Shown: positions 26,788-32,000 of the stretch, in pieces
Layout of the letters: each line of letters begins with the position of its first letter
How positions within the stretch are numbered: the stretch's first letter is position 1
Assembly (NCBI RefSeq): GCF_000025505.1
Contig: NC_013849.1
Coordinates: 450,001-482,000 of the forward strand
Length of the DNA stretch: 32,000 nucleotides
From: Ferroglobus placidus DSM 10642
GTDB taxonomy: Archaea > Halobacteriota > Archaeoglobi > Archaeoglobales > Archaeoglobaceae
Direction: 5' to 3'
Notes under the pieces: model-generated
Databases searched by the model: none
The model's input: the letters and a program-made list of their open reading frames with translations, nothing else
Told to the model about the DNA's origin: nothing
Made by a program: the position numbers and the translations under genes

Positions 26788-27828
26788 ATGGAGACTGCAG
26801 GCAGGTTGAAAGCAGGGCTCGTGGACAGGAGTAAGAACGCTAGAGGAGGTGAAAGTGAAGGAATAGGTGTGAATGAGAACAGAAAGAGTGGAAGGAGCAA
26901 GAGCGTGAATGATGGTGGGGGATGGAGTGGAGAAGACGGTACATGCCCGGAGTGCGGAAGCCCGAGACTTGTCACGGACCACAGTCGCGGAGAGGTTTTC
27001 TGCCAGGACTGCGGGATTGTTGTTGAAGATGCTCGCCTTGACTACGGCCCGGAGTGGAGGTCATATGACAGTGAGCGTGGAATGCAGAGGGCAAGGGCAG
27101 GGCCTCCAGTTGTGCTCACTCTCCATGACAAGGGGTTTACCACAACAATAGGGAACGATAGAGACAGCCACGGCAATCCACTCTCCCCCAAAACAAGAAT
27201 CCAGTTTACCAGACTGAGAAAGTGGCAGAGCAAAATCAGAACAAACAGCTCTGCAGAGAGGAATCTTGTACGATCACTGATGGAGCTTGAGAGAATCACG
27301 TCTTCCCTTGGGCTGCCTAAAAGCATAACGGAGAGGGCGGCACTCATCTACAGAAGGGTAGTCAGTAATAACCTGACGAGGGGGAGGTGTATAGACAGCA
27401 TTGTTGCCGCTGCAGTGTACGCAGCATGCAGGGAGGCAGGACTGCCGAGGACGCTGGATGAAGTTGCAGCCCACTCCAGTGTGGATAAAAGGTCTGTTGG
27501 AAGAGCGTACAGATTCCTTGCAAGAACGCTCGGGCTGAAGCCTGCTCCAATCACCTCTACAGACTACGTGCCGAAGATCTGCGCAGCACTTGGAGTGAGC
27601 GGGGAGGTGCAGGAGAGGGCTCTGGAAATCGTAAATGAGGCTGAGAAAAGCATGGTTAGCAGAAGTCCAGCAGGTGTGGCTGCGGCTGCAGTTTACATTG
27701 CATCAATCCTGCTTGGAGAGAGGAGAACGCAGAGGGAAGTGGCAGGAGTTGCAGGAGTCACAGAAGTCACGATAAGGAACTGCTACAAGATGATAACTGA
27801 CAGACTGGGAATAGAGCTGCTCCTTTAG
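26788..27828 (+). CDS. tfb: transcription initiation factor TFB paralogue
   Basis: CPECG...FCQDCGIVVED zinc ribbon, LHDKGFTTTIG reader-like segment, two cyclin-like repeats (SIVAAAVYAACREAGLPRTLDEVA; AGVAAAAVYIASILLGERRTQREVAGVAGVTEVTIRNCYK). Confidence 0.9.
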   Translation: METAGRLKAGLVDRSKNARGGESEGIGVNENRKSGRSKSVNDGGGWSGEDGTCPECGSPRLVTDHSRGEVFCQDCGIVVEDARLDYGPEWRSYDSERGMQRARAGPPVVLTLHDKGFTTTIGNDRDSHGNPLSPKTRIQFTRLRKWQSKIRTNSSAERNLVRSLMELERITSSLGLPKSITERAALIYRRVVSNNLTRGRCIDSIVAAAVYAACREAGLPRTLDEVAAHSSVDKRSVGRAYRFLARTLGLKPAPITSTDYVPKICAALGVSGEVQERALEIVNEAEKSMVSRSPAGVAAAAVYIASILLGERRTQREVAGVAGVTEVTIRNCYKMITDRLGIELLL

Positions 27829-27837
27829 TGTGGTCTT

Positions 27838-28194
27838 ATGTCCGTCCTGAAGGATGTTTTAAGCAGAGAGTCTTGTTCAACTCCCTTTCCTGAACCTGAA
27901 CCCGAGCATGAGCATGGATGTGAGAAGTCTGAGACCGGTGAGAAGTCTGAGACCACTCTCAAATGCCCTTTTTGCGAATACAGAGCTAGCAATCTAGCAA
28001 AACTCAAAAGCCACATCCTGAGGCACGACCTCAGCATCTGCCCTGTGTGCGGTAAGAAGTTCAAGAGATTGCTAAGCCACGTTGCAGGGATGAGGGATGA
28101 AAAGCACCAGGAGCTCTACGCTCTGATAGGGCACTATGGCAAAGGCAACAGAGATCGGTTGAGAGAGCTGAGGGGCAGGTTTCTGGAAAAGTAG
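27838..28194 (+). CDS. C2H2-type zinc finger protein
   Basis: CPFCEYRASNLAKLKSHILRH...CPVCGKKFKRLLSHVAGMRDEKH. Confidence 0.75.
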   Translation: MSVLKDVLSRESCSTPFPEPEPEHEHGCEKSETGEKSETTLKCPFCEYRASNLAKLKSHILRHDLSICPVCGKKFKRLLSHVAGMRDEKHQELYALIGHYGKGNRDRLRELRGRFLEK

Positions 28195-28234
28195 TGCTGC
28201 TTTTTATTAACCCTTTATGAAGGGGGTGGTTGTT

Positions 28235-28663
28235 ATGGATGAGAAAACGAAAAAGATTCAGGCTGTGGTGGAGGCGGTTACCGAGAAGTACGGTGGTGGT
28301 GTGAAGCTGGAGGGCACATTCTACAACCTCGCAGAGGGGCTGGAACTCCCCGAGAAGGGCGAGGAGATTGTAGCCACAATTCTCGGAAAAACCATCATAT
28401 ACTGGGAGAGAGTTAAGGGAGATGAGATGGAGAAGAGTGAGCAGGAGACAGGGTCAGAAGGCGAGAAAGGACTGGAGCTTCCGGATATAGAAGTTCCCGG
28501 GAGCGTGAGGGCTGTAGCCGACACATTTCTCGCGGTGCTGAAGCACATAGATGAGAGGGTGCCGAACATGTCCACCAAAGACAAGATAATCGTGACAAGC
28601 GTGATTTTCAAGGAGATCATGGAGACGAAGAGAGCAAAAATAAGGAGAAAGGGTGAAGAGTGA
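28235..28663 (+). CDS. hypothetical acidic protein (~142 aa)
   Basis: ORF with upstream GGGGGTGG; ATG at 28235. Confidence 0.6.
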   Translation: MDEKTKKIQAVVEAVTEKYGGGVKLEGTFYNLAEGLELPEKGEEIVATILGKTIIYWERVKGDEMEKSEQETGSEGEKGLELPDIEVPGSVRAVADTFLAVLKHIDERVPNMSTKDKIIVTSVIFKEIMETKRAKIRRKGEE

Positions 28664-28690
28664 TAGTTCAGCTCAAATTTCTGAGGCTTT

Positions 28691-29608
28691 ATGAGGGACG
28701 AGTTGGACGAGCTCGTTCACCAGGCTTTCCGTGAGGCATGCAGTGGAGAGGGCTGCAGCATTGAGAAAGGGGATGGCAGGTTCGTGGTCAGGCACGACAC
28801 GGATGTTCTCTCTGTACGCTGGCCGGAAATAGAAATTCTTAACACCGGGCTCAAAACAATGCGCGTTCTCGTGAAAGCATTACACCTGCTGCAGATCCGC
28901 TGCGAGGGCACCTTGAACTTCCTTCTGAAGCTGTACGACCGTGCAGTCATGCAGTGCCTGCCTGTTGTGGAGGGGGCAGTCATCGACCTGGAAAAGAGGA
29001 GGGCGGAAGTGTCTGGAGGGAAGCAACCTGGTCAGACAGAGCTTGTGGATATGCTGAACAGGCTGAACGATTTTTTCCTGAACGCTGCAGCAAAGTACGG
29101 GCAGATCACCGCAAATACTCTGTACAGCTGCATCCTGGACACACACCTCCTGACAGATCCCGAAGACTTATCATCTCCCATTTCATTTCCCGGCTTCAGA
29201 GACCTGGAGAGCATCATGGCCGCTGCAACAGCAGTTGCGGGGAAGAGGCTGTGGTTTGTGAAGTTTCAGAACAGCATTCTTGCAAAGGTGCTGGCAAAAT
29301 CCCTGCCCCTGCATCCTCTCTCTGAGAGCGCAATGTGCCTCCTCATCACACCAGACGGAGTTTCAAGGCTGGACGTGGCAAAAACACCGCATTATGCAGC
29401 GGCAAATCTTGTCGGAGTGCTCTGGGATGTTGCGCGGAATGAGAGAAGAGTGAAGTACAGCTGGAGGAACGAAAAATCCGCAAAGCTGCTCAAGGAGTTC
29501 ATTGAAAGGGCGAGGACTGTGGAGGTTGCGGGCAGGGATCAGATAATTGGCAGGTTTGTCGAGAGTCTGCCTGAAAAGGCAAGGAAATCACTTCTAACTC
29601 TTATCTGA
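28691..29608 (+). CDS. hypothetical protein (305 aa), ARKSLLTLI C-terminus
   Basis: Long ORF. Confidence 0.65.
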   Translation: MRDELDELVHQAFREACSGEGCSIEKGDGRFVVRHDTDVLSVRWPEIEILNTGLKTMRVLVKALHLLQIRCEGTLNFLLKLYDRAVMQCLPVVEGAVIDLEKRRAEVSGGKQPGQTELVDMLNRLNDFFLNAAAKYGQITANTLYSCILDTHLLTDPEDLSSPISFPGFRDLESIMAAATAVAGKRLWFVKFQNSILAKVLAKSLPLHPLSESAMCLLITPDGVSRLDVAKTPHYAAANLVGVLWDVARNERRVKYSWRNEKSAKLLKEFIERARTVEVAGRDQIIGRFVESLPEKARKSLLTLI

Positions 29609-29645
29609 GGTTTTTTTACGGGTAATATTCATGGAGGTGGCAGGA

Positions 29646-30101
29646 TTGAGAACGGTTGTAGCTGAATTCTGCGCGGAGTGTCTGGAGTCAACCCTGAAAC
29701 AGTCTTTTTTCACGGATGAGAAGGAGTGCAGCGAGTGCCTGTCCAAAGTTTACTTCAAAGCCCGCATTCCGCAGGAAATAGCTGAGGAGATCCGGAGACT
29801 TCATGACTTGCACCAGCTTGAATACGGCCCGCTCACAATTCTTTACGCTGCAGCCGGACTGGTGAGGCTTGAGTACGCCGATGCAGAGCCAGAGCCAATG
29901 AGTGAGGAGGAGGTTCTTGAGAGGATAGAGGAAGGGATAAGAGGTGTAGAGGGATATGCGTATGACATACGTAACTTTGTCGATATCATAGAGGTTATAG
30001 AGCATGCAGAGTCCGAAGCAAAAATAGATAAGGACAGGCTCAGAAAACTCCTGAAAGTTGTTCAGAGACTGAAGAAGGTTGTTCTGGCGGAGATATTGTA
30101 A
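29646..30101 (+). CDS. small protein with CxxC...CxxC, LKKVVLAEIL C-terminus
   Basis: TTG after GGAGGTGG; CAEC...CSEC. Confidence 0.6.
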   Translation: MRTVVAEFCAECLESTLKQSFFTDEKECSECLSKVYFKARIPQEIAEEIRRLHDLHQLEYGPLTILYAAAGLVRLEYADAEPEPMSEEEVLERIEEGIRGVEGYAYDIRNFVDIIEVIEHAESEAKIDKDRLRKLLKVVQRLKKVVLAEIL

Positions 30102-30144
30102 TTTGGTTTTTGTAGTTTTTTGTTCTGCTCGGGAGTGAGTGAGC

Positions 30145-30594
30145 ATGCGCTGTGCTGAGGTGATAAAAGAGGCTGAAGAAGGCAACACTGAAGTGGTGCT
30201 GGAGCTGGAAGACATCTTCGAATCTTCGAATTTGTCTCATGAATTTGACAGAAAAGTCCAGGAGAACATCGAATACATTTTGAGGAGGAATTGCCTGTGG
30301 AGGGAGGGGCTGAGGACTGCTGTCCTAATCTGCAAAATCGCTCCAGACCCTGATGACACATTTTTTGGATATTTTCAGGTCTTTGATGGTACCGAGCTCG
30401 TTGCGAGAGGAGAGTTCGGCGGCACATTCGTCGTTCTGGACGAGAGAGCTTTTGAGAAACCGGATGTGGAGGGCATCGAGATCGTAGAGCTAACAATTTC
30501 GCTGCCACCGGTGGATGCAAAAAAGCTCTTTCTCCTTGACATCTCTGATCTGGGTGCTGAAGAAAAAGCTAAGCTTCTCTCCTGGGTTTTGTAG
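30145..30594 (+). CDS. hypothetical protein, AKLLSWVL C-terminus
   Basis: ORF; start could be GTG 30139 or ATG 30145. Confidence 0.55.
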   Translation: MRCAEVIKEAEEGNTEVVLELEDIFESSNLSHEFDRKVQENIEYILRRNCLWREGLRTAVLICKIAPDPDDTFFGYFQVFDGTELVARGEFGGTFVVLDERAFEKPDVEGIEIVELTISLPPVDAKKLFLLDISDLGAEEKAKLLSWVL

Positions 30595-30621
30595 TTTTTG
30601 GTTTTTTCTCGGGGTGAGATT

Positions 30622-31383
30622 ATGAGTGTGAGCGCGGGTATGAGCGAGAGTGTGAGTGTGGTGGAAAGGATGATGGATAAGCTTCAGCTGCTGAATGATC
30701 TCTGGAAAAGGGTTAAAGTGCTGCCAGAAATCACAGAACTCGCCAATAAAGTAGTGATAGCTGAATTCGGTGTTGAGGAACACTCATCCCCCTTCAGTTA
30801 CGCAGGATATAATATAAGGGCAATTCTGGATGATGTGAGGAAAGAGTTGTTCAGATTTGTTGCAGATCTGCTTGTTGAGGACACGAATGTCAGAGTGGAC
30901 TTCGCTGACCTGTATGACCGCTTTAAAGACTTCGATGCGGTAGAGGTGGCCAGATACATTGAGGAGAAGTACCTTCGCCAGGCAGATGAGCTGGCATACA
31001 GAGAAATCGTAAGCAGGGCAAGAGCTCTTCTGCCGGCACATAATGTAAGCCTGGAGAAGATCCTGAAAGGGAGAAAACTTGTCCTGCAGTACTACCTTCA
31101 CTGGAGTTACGGAAAACCATACATACACGACTTTCTTGAGGCCGCATCAGCCCTCGAAAAGCTGGCAAAGATCGTTCTCTGGAGAGTTAAGCCATCCACA
31201 GCCAGGGGGCACGCAATTTACAACGCATACTGGAACGACACAACTGATGAGGAGGTTTTGCAGAAGAAGGAGCTTGGCGGCCCGATCGAGGCTGTGAAGG
31301 TACACAAGAACGGGAACATCTACTTCTGGTTTAAGAGCGAGGAGGATGCAAAAAAGGTTGCGGAGGTGCTCCTGAGTGAGTGA
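30622..31383 (+). CDS. hypothetical protein, possible DUF4942-like
   Basis: C-terminal VKVHKNGNIYFWFKSEEDAKKVAEVL resembles the end of DUF4942-type domains (recalled pattern, not searched). Confidence 0.45.
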   Translation: MSVSAGMSESVSVVERMMDKLQLLNDLWKRVKVLPEITELANKVVIAEFGVEEHSSPFSYAGYNIRAILDDVRKELFRFVADLLVEDTNVRVDFADLYDRFKDFDAVEVARYIEEKYLRQADELAYREIVSRARALLPAHNVSLEKILKGRKLVLQYYLHWSYGKPYIHDFLEAASALEKLAKIVLWRVKPSTARGHAIYNAYWNDTTDEEVLQKKELGGPIEAVKVHKNGNIYFWFKSEEDAKKVAEVLLSE

Positions 31384-31567
31384 ACCTGAACCTGAATATG
31401 AATTTGAGGCCATGTGGCGAAGGGAGATGCAGGAGTGGTCAAAGATTATCGAGGAGCTGGATAAAAGGTCGTTCGAGCAGGTAATAACAATAAATTCCGG
31501 AATCATCAAAGAACTGGTCTCACACTCCACAAAAATTAAAAAGCGGTTGATAGAAGTAGTACTGTAG
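31376..31567 (+). CDS. small protein (63 aa), KKRLIEVVL C-terminus
   Basis: GTG start overlapping the upstream stop by 8 nt. Confidence 0.5.
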   Translation: MSEPEPEYEFEAMWRREMQEWSKIIEELDKRSFEQVITINSGIIKELVSHSTKIKKRLIEVVL

Positions 31568-31594
31568 ATTTAACACAATTCGAGGTGTTTTTCC

Positions 31595-31948
31595 ATGACA
31601 GCTGTGCCATCTGGTGCCGCAGCTGCAGCCGCTGGGGGGGCGGCAGCAAGAGCAGCAGCAAGTGCGCAGAAGTTCACTTTTGGCTTTCTCATCTTTGAGC
31701 CTGAGGAATTTCTGAAGCTCGTGAAAACTGCAAGAGAAACAGATGGCAGGGCAGTCGTCATTCTTGTAAAAAAACGAAAGGGAGTGGTTAACAGAAAAGA
31801 TGAGTACATCTACGCCGCCAAATACGCTGATTTCACAATCCTGACCAGAAGCGAAACACCTCTAGCACTGCCGTCAAAAACCGAGCTGATTGTGAGCAGA
31901 GACATAGTACTGCCGGTAGCAGTCATGCACGCTTTGAAGATGCTTTGA
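31595..31948 (+). CDS. hypothetical protein with Ala-rich N-terminus
   Basis: ORF with GAGGTG upstream; GAAAAAAGGAAARAAASAQ. Confidence 0.5.
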   Translation: MTAVPSGAAAAAAGGAAARAAASAQKFTFGFLIFEPEEFLKLVKTARETDGRAVVILVKKRKGVVNRKDEYIYAAKYADFTILTRSETPLALPSKTELIVSRDIVLPVAVMHALKML

Positions 31949-32000
31949 GAGCATGCGCCGCCCGGTCTGCGAGCTTTGCGGGATTCCCGGAGATCTGACA

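Noticed and set aside
29688-30215. 175-aa minus-strand ORF
   Set aside because: Opposite the 29646 CDS with its SD and CxxC motifs; no recognisable domain.
5337-31567. The C-terminal KKxLLxxLL tails as transmembrane anchors
   Set aside because: Too short (about 7-9 hydrophobic residues) and headed by charged residues; a docking helix or the last helix of a fold is more likely.
1-32000. Repeated GAGGTGGT before many genes as a dispersed repeat family
   Set aside because: Its position 5-10 nt before start codons makes it a strong Shine-Dalgarno sequence, not a mobile repeat.
1-32000. tRNA, rRNA, IS transposase or integrase gene
   Set aside because: None recognised by eye in either strand or in the supplied ORFs; a tRNAscan/Infernal search would be needed to exclude small RNAs.

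Overview
This 32 kb archaeal window has a gene layout and an archaeal TFB that suggest an Archaeoglobales-like host; that assignment is inference. It looks like one long, almost entirely plus-strand accessory module or integrated element. Recognisable anchors are: (i) a RavA-like MoxR AAA+ C-terminus (5' truncated by the window) next to a ViaA/CoxE-like VWA protein; (ii) a second MoxR-type AAA+ ATPase followed by a DUF2201-like protein carrying HExxH and VWA-like domains; (iii) an 845-aa GHKL/Hsp90-fold ATPase; (iv) a PepSY / small membrane protein / tandem winged-HTH cassette; (v) a HAD-like phosphatase; (vi) a minus-strand pilin-like/Ig-like secreted protein; (vii) a TFB paralogue followed by a C2H2 protein. 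The remaining ~25 proteins are mostly small, acidic and unrecognised, and several carry zinc-knuckle motifs. The most striking pattern is a shared extreme C-terminal tail, roughly [K/R][K/R]x[L]LxxLL-COOH, on about 13-15 otherwise dissimilar proteins. I also see a ~50-aa C-terminal domain shared by three proteins, a regularly spaced 17-bp repeat array (iteron-like) at 9551-9726, recurrent T/G-rich intergenic motifs after stop codons, a Trp-rich micro-ORF, and a 90-bp duplication with a plausible alternate reading frame. No rRNA, tRNA or CRISPR array was recognised.
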